DNA of 64,000 nt from an uncultured Parachlamydiaceae bacterium (GCA_963742415.1 CAVULX010000003.1:352001-416000), one strand, 5' to 3'; positions 47,686-57,623 are shown, counted from the first letter of the stretch. Numbers and translations are program-made. Notes: generated by a model from the letters alone, not told the origin.

Positions 47686-48994
47686 TCTTTACGATTTCTT
47701 TTAAAAGCTTTTGCGTCATCTCAAAAGCAAACGACTCATTTGTTCCTTGCGACAAAAAGGATCTAATTCGGCCAATTAACATCACAGCTTCGTCAATTTT
47801 AGCATTTGATCCAGCCACATAGGCGCCAATGTTGATCAAGTCTTCAGCATCTTTATACACCTGCAAAATATCCCTTAAACGACCGGCCATATAATATTGC
47901 TCGGGTGTCGTAATAGCCAGCATCAGCCTAGAAAGGCTCTGTAAGACGTCTATGGCAGGATATTGGTTGGCTGAAGCTAATTTCCTGGAAAGAACAATGT
48001 GTCCATCTAGTATCGCCCTTACGGTATCTGCAACAGGATCATTCATGTCATCCCCTTCAACGAGGATTGTATAGATCCCCGTAATGACCCCGTGGGCAGA
48101 ATTTCCAGCCCGCTCTAAAAGTTTTGGCAAGGTTGCGAATACGGAAGGCGTATATCCCCGCGTGGCGGGAGGTTCCCCAATGGCTAAACCTATTTCTCGT
48201 AACGCCATAGCATAACGGGTGATGGAATCCATCATGAAGACGACATTTTTTCCTTGATCTCGAAAAAATTCGGCAATAGCTGTTGCAGTGTAAGCCCCTT
48301 TCGTTCTTAGCAGCGCCGCTTGATCAGAGGTTGCGACTACAACCACTGAACGGGATAAACCTTCCGGTCCCAATTCCCGTTCGATAAATTCACGCACTTC
48401 CCTTCCACGTTCTCCGATTAAAGCGATCACGTTTATATCTGCAGTGGACATTTTGGCTATCATCCCCAAGAGGGTTGATTTTCCCAAGCCGGCGCCGGAG
48501 AAAATCCCTAATCTTTGCCCTCTTCCTATGGTGCAAGTGGAATCGATCGCTTTGATTCCGGTCGATAAAACTTCGGAAATTAATTTACGCTTGAGAGGGT
48601 GGGGAGGGGGAGCCATGATAGGATAGTATTTTTCTGCTTTGATCGGCCCTTTGTCATCGATGGGATTTCCCACAGCATCCAGAATTCTTCCACACATTCT
48701 TTCCGATACAGCCACCAAAGGGACTTTTTTTGTCGGATAGACTTCGGAGCCCGGCGCTATATGGGTCATTTCTCCTAAAGACATTAATAAGGATTTATTA
48801 TCTTTGAAGCCAACCACTTCACAAGGGATAGCTTCTCCCTGCCTATTGAAAATGTAGCACAACTCACCCAGGTGGACTGCAGGGCCGGCCGATTCGATAA
48901 GAAGACCGATGATTTGTGTGACAACGCCACTTGTGGATAATCCCGACCATTTTTGGACCGCTTCGATTTCATTTTTTAGTGAGAAAGTAGACAT
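47672..48994 (-). CDS. fliI: Flagellar-type export ATPase
   Basis: GQRLGIFSGAGLGKST, IGERGREV, DSITRYA.A.REIGL..GEPP, LDGHIVLSR. Start placed at MSTFS. Confidence 0.92.
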   Translation of the reverse strand: MSTFSLKNEIEAVQKWSGLSTSGVVTQIIGLLIESAGPAVHLGELCYIFNRQGEAIPCEVVGFKDNKSLLMSLGEMTHIAPGSEVYPTKKVPLVAVSERMCGRILDAVGNPIDDKGPIKAEKYYPIMAPPPHPLKRKLISEVLSTGIKAIDSTCTIGRGQRLGIFSGAGLGKSTLLGMIAKMSTADINVIALIGERGREVREFIERELGPEGLSRSVVVVATSDQAALLRTKGAYTATAIAEFFRDQGKNVVFMMDSITRYAMALREIGLAIGEPPATRGYTPSVFATLPKLLERAGNSAHGVITGIYTILVEGDDMNDPVADTVRAILDGHIVLSRKLASANQYPAIDVLQSLSRLMLAITTPEQYYMAGRLRDILQVYKDAEDLINIGAYVAGSNAKIDEAVMLIGRIRSFLSQGTNESFAFEMTQKLLKEIVKNEKI

Positions 48995-49324
48995 AAAAAT
49001 TTTAAGAGATAAACCCATCACTCAGGCTTATGTAGAAATATTTATATTCTCTTTTACTGTCAACCAAATGTTCAAACTAGGAGGGAGTTTACAAAGTCCT
49101 AAGTTCTTCATTATTAACATTCTTATTTTTTTCAGTTTTTTTAATATTTTAAAAAAAATCAAATCTTTTTTGTAAAGAAAAATCTATAATTTTTAACTAA
49201 AAATGGTTTAAAAATGGGCTTTTTGATTTCAGTTTAAATAAAATATTATTATGTTATAATTATATATAGATTGTAGAGGATATATCGATTTTAAAAGCGT
49301 AAGCTTTTTGGAAGGAGAAAAATT

Positions 49325-49633
49325 ATGAGTTCCAATGTAAATAATACATCATCAAGCACAAGTGATCCACTTGATGATCTCGCAATTTTTTACACAAGTA
49401 ATGCAAATAACAAACAACAACAAGATTCGATGGATCCTACAGATCCTACCAGTATCATGTATGATCCCACTTTGGATCCTTGCAGTCCAAAATTTGGTGC
49501 CGTTAGCGCTGCAATTAATGGCCCGCAAGCTGTTAATGCTGTGAATAACAACACGGTAAATCCTATAGCCGTTGATGATGATAACGATAGGGCTGGCCGG
49601 AGAAATTTACGCCGCGTGGTCGATAGGATCTAA
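49325..49633 (+). CDS. Small low-complexity hypothetical protein inserted antisense between fliH and fliI
   Basis: GAAGGAG RBS; rich in S, N, D and P. Confidence 0.65.
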   Translation: MSSNVNNTSSSTSDPLDDLAIFYTSNANNKQQQDSMDPTDPTSIMYDPTLDPCSPKFGAVSAAINGPQAVNAVNNNTVNPIAVDDDNDRAGRRNLRRVVDRI

Positions 49634-49695
49634 AATAACTTCCACGTGTTGTTGTCCGTATCCATTCCCAAATTATAAGTAGGTGTTTTTTTTGT

Positions 49696-50397
49696 TTATG
49701 ATGATAAAGTTAAAATTTCCAAATCAGATAAAAGACGATTAAGGTCAAAATTGACCAGTCCTAATGTTGTTTCTAAGCGACAACTGCCCCTTTCCATCCA
49801 GGGTGTTGAGATAAAGTTGACATCTTTTAAATCTTCCCGTTTATAGCCGAGCGCAGAAAGGTGGTTTTGCACCATTTGCAGGTCTTCCTGCGATAAAACA
49901 ATATCGATAGGGACATCTTTTAAGAAGGACTTTGCTTGGGTCAATAATTTTTCTAATAAACTGTAAAAGATCTCTGGATTGGTTAAGTGAGCACGAAGTA
50001 TTTTTTCGCAAACTGCCAAAGAAAATTTGATCAGTTCGGGCTTCACCAGCTCAAACATTTCTTCTTTTCTCATTTGAAAAGTTGAAGCGGTGACATTAAG
50101 GAGTTCGGCAGCTGACTTTAATTCGTCCCTAACATTAGCCACACCTTCTTTATATCCAATCTCTAAGCCTTCGCTCTTGCCTGCTTCGTACCCTTGCTCA
50201 TGCCCCTCTTTCAAGCCTTGAGAATGCCCTTTTTTTTCGGCCATTTTTAAGAGTTTTTGAAGTGTTTTTACAGAAGGGGGTTCTGAAGTCTGTTCTGCCT
50301 CTCCGTTCTCTTCTTTTACCCCTGAATCTTGTCCGTAAAAGACAGCCCCTTCAATCTTAGCCCCGTGGATCACTTTTTTAGATTTTGAGACGTTCAT
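49696..50397 (-). CDS. fliH: FliH-like export stator protein
   Basis: GxxxG repeat helix (GHSQGLKEGHEQGYEAGKSEG), GSCRLETTLG; overlaps the fliF stop. Confidence 0.85.
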   Translation of the reverse strand: MNVSKSKKVIHGAKIEGAVFYGQDSGVKEENGEAEQTSEPPSVKTLQKLLKMAEKKGHSQGLKEGHEQGYEAGKSEGLEIGYKEGVANVRDELKSAAELLNVTASTFQMRKEEMFELVKPELIKFSLAVCEKILRAHLTNPEIFYSLLEKLLTQAKSFLKDVPIDIVLSQEDLQMVQNHLSALGYKREDLKDVNFISTPWMERGSCRLETTLGLVNFDLNRLLSDLEILTLSS

Positions 50398-52373
50398 GGG
50401 GCCTCGCCTTGCACTTCTTGCATAGCATGATGGAATTTATGTGAAATTTCAGGATTGAACATTTTTATTTTTTCAATGATGACCCGTTGATGCCTTTCGG
50501 GTAAGCTATTAAAGATAGATGCAGCCACTTTGAAGCTCTCAGCCATTTTAAGTCCATACTCCAAAGAGGTTCCCCCCAAAATCCCTGGAAGAGATCCTAG
50601 TAATAGTTCAATCTGATTCGGATCTGTTTCATCAAACTGAGCCATTTCCACCAGGACGTGAGCTTGCAAATCGATCGGCATCCTATTTAACACAACCGAA
50701 GCTCGCTCTTGAGGTAATGAATACAGGATTAAAGCAATGGTTTGAGGAGATTCCTGACCAAGAAATGCAGCAATTTTAGAAGGTTCCCCTTCAGTCAGAA
50801 TTTGCTTAATTGACAGCGGTTCATCTGAGTGCCCTGTTTTTCCGTCATTCTTGCTCAGAATGTTTGGCCGATCTTCCAACTGGGCTTTAATTGCTTCTAG
50901 AACCCCTTCTAGATCTTCTAATCTTTTTTTCTTAGTTCCTTCTTCAGCGGCTTTTAAAACCGAAACCCTTTTGGAATGTTGTTGCACGCGGAACATCATA
51001 TAGAAAATCCCGAAAACGCCCAAAGTGATGATCGCCACAAGCGCTGTGGTTATCGAATTATTTTCCGACCCTGGGGAAATTGCCTCTATCATGACTGGAG
51101 GGGGAGGGATCGGCGTCCGGTCGAACTTAATAAAATTAACAGACTGCGAAACATGAGCTGTATATCCTTTGAGGATGACTTCGAGCTGACTTTCGATATT
51201 TTTCTTCAATTTTTCTTCATTCGAAGCAATCTGATTTTCGTTTTGCTCTACTCCTTTAGCCGGAGCAAAAATTTGGTCGTCGATTAACACACCTATCGAT
51301 AAGGCATCTATTTTGCCGGGCACACTGGTAATTTTGACATGGTCTACGGGCACTGCCATTTGTCTAAACTGTTGCGTTGCGAATAGCTCGGGTTGATTCT
51401 GAGAGGAAGGATTGCCTCCGTTTTGTTCGGAAGATTTCGATTGCTCTTTTGCTTTAATCGGTTGCTCGCCTGTCTCAGAAATAGACGTGACAACGGACGA
51501 CCCTAAGCTAACTCCGTCAACCGAGCCGGTGTAGACTTTTCTTTCTTCAGAAATTTTATTTCTATTCATTGTCACTTGCACAGTACTATAAAAGTTGCCT
51601 GCGCCCACCACAGTCGTTAGCATCCCATCAATTTTTGCTTTTAAATATCCTTCTGCAGATAACTCCGCATTGCGAATCGAATCCAAGCCCCCTTCAGGAT
51701 CTATGGCTTGATAGAGGTGCCCATTAGTGTCGGAAATCGCCACCATATTCCCGGTAAGGCCTCTGACCGCTCCGGCAACATGAAAGGTAATGGCACGCAG
51801 TTCTTGAGAATTTAAACGAGCGCCCGGTTTCAAGCTTAAGATGACAGAGGCTTTAGCTTTGTAGTTTGCAGCCCCAAAAGGACGGGGAGGGGGAACATCA
51901 AGAATGACGTTAGCGCTTCGTACATTCTCAAATTGGGAAATATCATTTTCAAGCTGCCCTTTAAGTGCCCTTAATTCAAGAACCTGGAGCTCTTTTTCCC
52001 CTTTAATCCACGTGCTGCTATCGAAAAGCTCAAATCCTTTTTTCGTTTGCGTTTTTGGCAATCCGTTGAAAGCCAACTCTGCTCGCACCTGGTGTTCTTT
52101 CTCTTTTGGAATCCATATCCCTTTGTTTTCGGAAATTTTATAAGGAATATTTGCGCTTTCAAAATAGGCTTTAATTTGTGCAATATCAATGCTTTGCATC
52201 CGTTCAGGCGAATACAGCATCACATAGTTCATTGAATTGGACATGATCAGCACGACCGTCCCTAGCAAAATAAGTAGCCCTAGAATAGCAGCAAAAGCGG
52301 TTTTTTGAGAAAGCTTAAGATCCAGCCAAAAAGTTTTTAGCTGCTGTAAAAAATTTGCGAAAAAGGAATACAT
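50394..52373 (-). CDS. fliF: FliF M-ring protein fused to a FliG middle-domain-like segment
   Basis: TM, GLP...GFELFD, RALKGQLENDI, KASVIL, VAGAVRGL...V.ISD, second TM, then FLGQESPQTIALILYSL (FliG EHPQ motif). Confidence 0.88.
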   Translation of the reverse strand: MYSFFANFLQQLKTFWLDLKLSQKTAFAAILGLLILLGTVVLIMSNSMNYVMLYSPERMQSIDIAQIKAYFESANIPYKISENKGIWIPKEKEHQVRAELAFNGLPKTQTKKGFELFDSSTWIKGEKELQVLELRALKGQLENDISQFENVRSANVILDVPPPRPFGAANYKAKASVILSLKPGARLNSQELRAITFHVAGAVRGLTGNMVAISDTNGHLYQAIDPEGGLDSIRNAELSAEGYLKAKIDGMLTTVVGAGNFYSTVQVTMNRNKISEERKVYTGSVDGVSLGSSVVTSISETGEQPIKAKEQSKSSEQNGGNPSSQNQPELFATQQFRQMAVPVDHVKITSVPGKIDALSIGVLIDDQIFAPAKGVEQNENQIASNEEKLKKNIESQLEVILKGYTAHVSQSVNFIKFDRTPIPPPPVMIEAISPGSENNSITTALVAIITLGVFGIFYMMFRVQQHSKRVSVLKAAEEGTKKKRLEDLEGVLEAIKAQLEDRPNILSKNDGKTGHSDEPLSIKQILTEGEPSKIAAFLGQESPQTIALILYSLPQERASVVLNRMPIDLQAHVLVEMAQFDETDPNQIELLLGSLPGILGGTSLEYGLKMAESFKVAASIFNSLPERHQRVIIEKIKMFNPEISHKFHHAMQEVQGEAP

Positions 52374-52490
52374 GATAAAGCTAACCTTATAAATTAAGAA
52401 GATAGCTTTTTATTTACAGCAGATGGAACGGGAAATCAAACTAAATTTTTTAATTACCTTGGTTTCTTTGACTGTGAGGGTGTTTAAGTT

Positions 52491-53546
52491 CTAATGCTTC
52501 AGGATTTTTTGGAGCTCATCGTAGACCTCATCGACTCCGATCCTTTTCATGCAACGAAAGTCGATGGGGCAGACTCTTTTGTAGCATGGAGAGCATTCGA
52601 CCCTCTTGTGGATCACCTTTCCTAAATTATAGGGACCTGTTTGAACGTCGCTTGTCGATCCGAATAAAGCCAAAAGCGGAGTTCCTAGAGCTGCTGAGAT
52701 GTGCATCGGTCCGCTATCGTTCGTCAGTAAGACTTTACACAATTGAATGAGGGCCATTAACTCCCTTAAATTCGTTTTTCCGGCCAAGTTTAAGACTCTT
52801 GGGGGCAAGTCTTTGCATATCTCATTCACGAGCGGCGCCCCGGCGGGATCGCCAAAGAATAAAACGACATTTTTCGGTTCTTCCAATAAACGTTCTGCAA
52901 TGTTGCGAAAACGGTCCGGCAACCAACATTTAGACGAGCCATAAGCGGCCCCGGGATTAATTCCGATGAGAGTATGAGTATCAGGTGAGGCTTTTAAATT
53001 GAGAAGAAGTTCCCGTGCCGCTTCCGTTTCTTCCTTACTCACATAAAGCTTTGGGGGGGTAGTGGAAAGTGGAATCCCCAGCGGCTGAAGCAACATCTTG
53101 TAAGTGATAACAAGATGCTGTGTTTTTCTTTCTTTTGGAAAGGGAACCGCTTTATTGAGAAGCCAACTGCGGCAATTGCAGGTAAAACCAATCCGGTTGC
53201 CGACTTTCCCTCTCCAAAACCACCAAGCTGAAGAAAAGGAATTGGTAAGCAAAACACCCAAATCGTATTCTCCCCGTTGCAATGATTCAATGATTTCTAA
53301 GTGTTGCCAGCGGTGGATCCACCCACTAGGGCGGTGATAGCTATAGATTTCGTCGAGATGGGGGTCATGCTTTAAAAGAGCTGCGACATTGGATTGACAC
53401 ATGGCAGTTATACGAGATTCGGGCCAGCGTTTCCTGAGATCGGCTAAAACTGGAGTAGCCATCACGAGATCACCTAACCAATTCGGCATTCGAACAAGGA
53501 TGTTTTTTGGTTCTTTCGGCGGCCAAGATTTTTCCTGAAATTTCAT
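52491..53546 (-). CDS. waaF: GT9 lipopolysaccharide heptosyltransferase II-like
   Basis: RMPNWLGDLVMATP, INPGAAYGSSKCW, TNDSGPMH..AALG, CSPC..R.CP....CM. Confidence 0.88.
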   Translation of the reverse strand: MKFQEKSWPPKEPKNILVRMPNWLGDLVMATPVLADLRKRWPESRITAMCQSNVAALLKHDPHLDEIYSYHRPSGWIHRWQHLEIIESLQRGEYDLGVLLTNSFSSAWWFWRGKVGNRIGFTCNCRSWLLNKAVPFPKERKTQHLVITYKMLLQPLGIPLSTTPPKLYVSKEETEAARELLLNLKASPDTHTLIGINPGAAYGSSKCWLPDRFRNIAERLLEEPKNVVLFFGDPAGAPLVNEICKDLPPRVLNLAGKTNLRELMALIQLCKVLLTNDSGPMHISAALGTPLLALFGSTSDVQTGPYNLGKVIHKRVECSPCYKRVCPIDFRCMKRIGVDEVYDELQKILKH

Positions 53547-53626
53547 ACTGTTTGCCTTGATTAAATCTTGCCTTCTATCATAATAGTATTATGCTAAAGT
53601 TGAAAGGATAAAAGGAGATATACCGC

Positions 53627-56600
53627 TTGACTAAGACAATTTATTCAGAGGAAGAGATTAAGCAAATTTTGCAAGCCATTTTTCTTGAAAAAAAGCATTC
53701 CAAAGATGTGAAGTTAAAATTGCAAGACAAGACCAATGAATGTGCTCGTTTGCAACATGAGCTTGAAGAACTTCAGAAAAAGATGCAAACGATCCCTTTA
53801 GATGATGTCCGCAAATTGAAAAATCTCCTTTTTGCATTTAAGAAAAAACATGCCCAAGCCCTTTCCTCTATAGATGAAAAAAACAAACAGCTTGCTCAAC
53901 TAACTCAAACAACTTCCGATATAGATGATTTAGAAAGTGAAAACCGTGCTTTAATCTCTCAAATATCAGCTATTAAAGAAAAATTTTACAAAATTCAAAA
54001 CGCAGCCCCCTCGGAAAAAGAGATTAATGTCATCTCAGAAAAGTTCCAAGCAAAGTTGAATGCAGCTAACGAAATCTTAAATAAGGCTCAAGAAGAGCTC
54101 AACGAAGAGCAACAGGAAAAGGTCCATTTTAAAGCTAAGTTGGAGGAGATGACTTCTCTAAAAGAGCATTTCGAAAGACAAAACCTCGACTTAGTCCGGC
54201 AAGTTCATCATCTTGAGCCATTCAAAGAGATGACCTTGACAGCACAACAAAAGATGGCTGAATTTGAACGGATGAGGGAAGAGGATTTCGATGAAATTGA
54301 GAGCTTAAAAGAAAAAATTTCATCTAATACATTGACTGAAGACCAATTACATCTCATTGAAGACCTGAAAGAGCAATTACTTGAAATCAAAGGGGAAAAC
54401 CAAACACTAACCCACCAAGATCTGACCTTAAGGCAACGTTTTGAACAATCTGAAGGGGAACTCACCCTTGTTAAAGAAAAACATTTTCAACTTGCTGATA
54501 AATTAAAACACAGTGAATTGTGCCAAAGCGAAAATCTTCATCGAATTGAAGATCTCTTGATTCAAGTTAAGCAAATGGAGGTATTGAAAGCTTTCCTGAC
54601 CCAAGAAGAGGAGCGAAATAAGGAATTAACCCAAGAACTGAATAAAATAAAAGAGTTCTCGCAAAAAGACCAGAAACAGATTGATGATTTGTTGTTTCAA
54701 ACAAAACAAGTAGAAACATTGAAATCTCTGTTGTCTCAAAGGGAAGAACGAAATAGAGAAATAACTCAAGAACTAAATAGAGTAAAAGAACTCTCTCAAG
54801 GAGACCGGCAGCAGATTGACGATTTAGTGATTCAAACAAAGCAAATAGAGTCCTTGAAGTACTTGTTGGCTCAGCAAGAAGGAAAAAACAAAGAGTTATA
54901 TCAAGAGCTGAATCAACTAAAAGAACTCTTTGAAAATGAACATCTGCAAATTTCAGATTTGTTAATCCAAGCACAGCAAGGGGAAACACTCAAATCCTTA
55001 CTGGCCCAACAAGAAGAAACAAATCAAGAATTGCATCAGGAGCTCAAACGAGCGAGAGAATTCTCTGATAGAGATCGCCAGCAAATTGAAGACTTGTTGG
55101 TCCAAGCAAAACAAGGGGAAACTTTCAAATCGTTGTTGGCTCAGCAGGAAGATATCAACAAAGAATTAAACCTCGAACTGAATCAAGCTAAAGAAATTTC
55201 TGAACGGGATCAACATCATATCGAAGATCTGTTGCTTCATACAAAACAAATTGAGAATTTGAAATCCTTATTTGTTCAACAAGAAGAAGCAAATAACGAG
55301 TTGAATCGGGAGCTGCAACAAGCTAAAGAATTCGCTGAAAGAGATCGCCAGCGAATTGAAAAAATTGCCGCACAACTATTGGAAAAGGACAAAAAGATTT
55401 ATGATTTGCAACATTTGGAAGTACGCCTTAAACGTCTGACTGAGCAAAAGCAAGCCATCGAACAAGAGTTAGAAAAAGTTCAAAATGAAGCCATAAACCG
55501 GGAAAATGTCCTCAAAGAACATCAACAACATCAAGTGCAATTAGAAAGGGTGATCCAATTTCTCAGAGAAAAATCGGAAGGGGCTCGTTTAGAAGTCACT
55601 TCCCTGCAAGAAGAGATTCAGAAATCAGCAGAATCGTTTTTAAAGTTAACAAACGACTTGAAAACAACCAAAGAAGCGCACGATCAACTCGCAGAACAGC
55701 TGAAACACGAACAAGAAGAAAAACAAGAAGTGCATCAGGAGATTACTACCCTGCATTTGCAGGTGGAACAATTGCGAAGCCATCTCACTTCTACACAGCA
55801 AGAACTTAACGAACAACAGTCTGGTTATGAAAAAGCTAAAAAACAGTTGGCTCAACTTGAATCCCAAAATCGGGTATTTTCCGAAACCATTTCCGAAAAA
55901 AACAAAAGTATCGAATTTTTTGAAAAAGAGACAGCTCTGATCAAACAGTCGCTTATCCGTGGTTTGCGAGAAGCTAAAGAGCTTGAGGGGCATTATGCCG
56001 AAGTTGCCAAAGAAAAAGCCTCCATGCAAGCTAAACTGCACCAATCTCAACATCTCTTAGATAAACAAAGAAATGAGATCCACGAACTACAAGAAAAAAT
56101 AAGAAGCGCCGAATCTAATACCTCATCGGCCTATCAGAATATTGAGCAGCTCAATCAACGGCTTGCTGAAAAGCAAACAAATCTTCAGCAACAAGAGGAA
56201 ATAATTAAAGAAAAAGAAGCAACTTTACAAAGTCAGTTGCAACAAATCGAGCTCTTAAAACAGGAGCAATTATCTTTACAGGGAGGATTATCCCACGCTA
56301 AAAATATCATAGAAGAAAAAGAAAATGAGTTGACCCAAGCCCAGCACCATCTCGCCAAAAAAGTCAAAGAAGCAGCCCAGCTTGAAGACAAAAATGAGGA
56401 ACAAAAACATTTAATAGCAGAGCTTCAAGAGACCCTTGTAAAAAATAAAATCCGAATTGCTGAGTTGCAAACAAGCGTCGACATTCAAGAACAGCAATCC
56501 AAACAATCTCAAGAACGGCTTCAAGAAGCCTTAAAAGCAGCTCGTACGCTTGAAACAAAATGGGAAGAAAAATATGGATCCCTTTCCGAAAAATGGGAAG

Positions 56601-56872
56601 CAGCTGAGGGTCGTATCAAAGAACTTGAGAAAATCGAAGAAAAGCAAAAACATTTGCAAGGTTTGCTTTCAAGCCTAGGAAGTTTTTTTGAAGGCCCCAT
56701 TCCGGCAACACCGGTAGAATCCTCTAAATCAACAAGGGGCTCGTTTTTAGAGGAACCCAGAAGGGCACCCCAACCGACAGAAAAGCCGCAAGAGCCTTCA
56801 AAGTCTCCCTATCAAAACCTTTTTAATATGCCCAAACCGCCAGGCCGACCACGCCAAAACTTTTTGGAGTAG
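53627..56872 (+). CDS. Very long coiled-coil protein (1081 aa) with internal 45-aa repeats
   Basis: E/Q/K/L heptads throughout, Pro-rich tail, AAGGAG RBS before the TTG start. Confidence 0.88.
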   Translation: MTKTIYSEEEIKQILQAIFLEKKHSKDVKLKLQDKTNECARLQHELEELQKKMQTIPLDDVRKLKNLLFAFKKKHAQALSSIDEKNKQLAQLTQTTSDIDDLESENRALISQISAIKEKFYKIQNAAPSEKEINVISEKFQAKLNAANEILNKAQEELNEEQQEKVHFKAKLEEMTSLKEHFERQNLDLVRQVHHLEPFKEMTLTAQQKMAEFERMREEDFDEIESLKEKISSNTLTEDQLHLIEDLKEQLLEIKGENQTLTHQDLTLRQRFEQSEGELTLVKEKHFQLADKLKHSELCQSENLHRIEDLLIQVKQMEVLKAFLTQEEERNKELTQELNKIKEFSQKDQKQIDDLLFQTKQVETLKSLLSQREERNREITQELNRVKELSQGDRQQIDDLVIQTKQIESLKYLLAQQEGKNKELYQELNQLKELFENEHLQISDLLIQAQQGETLKSLLAQQEETNQELHQELKRAREFSDRDRQQIEDLLVQAKQGETFKSLLAQQEDINKELNLELNQAKEISERDQHHIEDLLLHTKQIENLKSLFVQQEEANNELNRELQQAKEFAERDRQRIEKIAAQLLEKDKKIYDLQHLEVRLKRLTEQKQAIEQELEKVQNEAINRENVLKEHQQHQVQLERVIQFLREKSEGARLEVTSLQEEIQKSAESFLKLTNDLKTTKEAHDQLAEQLKHEQEEKQEVHQEITTLHLQVEQLRSHLTSTQQELNEQQSGYEKAKKQLAQLESQNRVFSETISEKNKSIEFFEKETALIKQSLIRGLREAKELEGHYAEVAKEKASMQAKLHQSQHLLDKQRNEIHELQEKIRSAESNTSSAYQNIEQLNQRLAEKQTNLQQQEEIIKEKEATLQSQLQQIELLKQEQLSLQGGLSHAKNIIEEKENELTQAQHHLAKKVKEAAQLEDKNEEQKHLIAELQETLVKNKIRIAELQTSVDIQEQQSKQSQERLQEALKAARTLETKWEEKYGSLSEKWEAAEGRIKELEKIEEKQKHLQGLLSSLGSFFEGPIPATPVESSKSTRGSFLEEPRRAPQPTEKPQEPSKSPYQNLFNMPKPPGRPRQNFLE
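54542..55351 (+). repeat. Six tandem 135-bp (45-aa) repeats
   Basis: Consensus QIxDLLxQxKQxExLKSLLxQQExxNxELxQELNxxKExSxxDxQ; units 135 bp apart (e.g. 54677, 54812). Confidence 0.9.
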
Positions 56873-56879
56873 GTATTTT

Positions 56880-57377
56880 GTGATTGTTATTGGCATCGAT
56901 CCAGGCACTAATATCACAGGCTACGGCATCGTGCAAGTCAAGGATTCAATGCTCTGTACTTTGGATTATGGCTGCATTAAGCCCCCCACTCACTTCAAGA
57001 TTTCAGACCGTTATCTGATTATTTTTGATAATATTGAACTTCTGCTGGATACTTACAAGCCAGACGTTTTAGTGGTGGAAACACAGTACGTAAAAAAAAA
57101 TCCCCAAAGCGCAATCAAACTCGGAATGGCACGAGGGATTGTTATCATCGCCGCCAAACGAAAAGGGATAGAGGTCTACGAATATGCCCCTGCAAAAGCA
57201 AAACGAGCGGTAGTCGGCAACGGACGCGCCAGCAAATATCAAGTCCAAGGCATGGTCAAAAATCTCCTTGGGTTGGATTCCATTCCTGAGCCTGAAGATG
57301 CCGCGGACGCCTTAGCATTAGCTTTGTGTCACGTTCACGCTAGCCGAATACCCCATCTATTAGGCACTCAAATGTAA
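56880..57377 (+). CDS. ruvC: Holliday junction resolvase
   Basis: IGIDPG...GYG, VVE, LGMARG, VVGNGRASK.QV, DAADALA.A.CH. Confidence 0.96.
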   Translation: MIVIGIDPGTNITGYGIVQVKDSMLCTLDYGCIKPPTHFKISDRYLIIFDNIELLLDTYKPDVLVVETQYVKKNPQSAIKLGMARGIVIIAAKRKGIEVYEYAPAKAKRAVVGNGRASKYQVQGMVKNLLGLDSIPEPEDAADALALALCHVHASRIPHLLGTQM

Positions 57378-57391
57378 AAAATCATTGATTT

Positions 57392-57607
57392 CACTGCCCT
57401 CTAAATGATTAGACACAGAGAAGAAACAGGATAAGCAAGATCGTAAACGGCAGGATAAGCAAGATATTGAATAAAGAGTAAGAATATGCGGATATGATTA
57501 AATTAAGACTGTTCAAAACATCGTTTTTCTTTTATCTTGCTTATCCTGCCGTTTACGATCATATTTATCCTGTTTCTTCTCTGTGCCTAGTTACTTAGGA
57601 GGTAGTG
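57392..57607. repeat. Long imperfect inverted repeat (arms of about 75 bp), MITE/REP-like
   Basis: Arm 57392-57466 is complementary to 57533-57607; internal direct repeat CAGGATAAGCAAGAT. Confidence 0.85.
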
Positions 57608-57623
57608 GAAAATTCCTTATGCA

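Noticed and set aside
53627-56872. SMC/SbcC assignment for the giant coiled coil
   Set aside because: No Walker A/B or signature motifs at either end.
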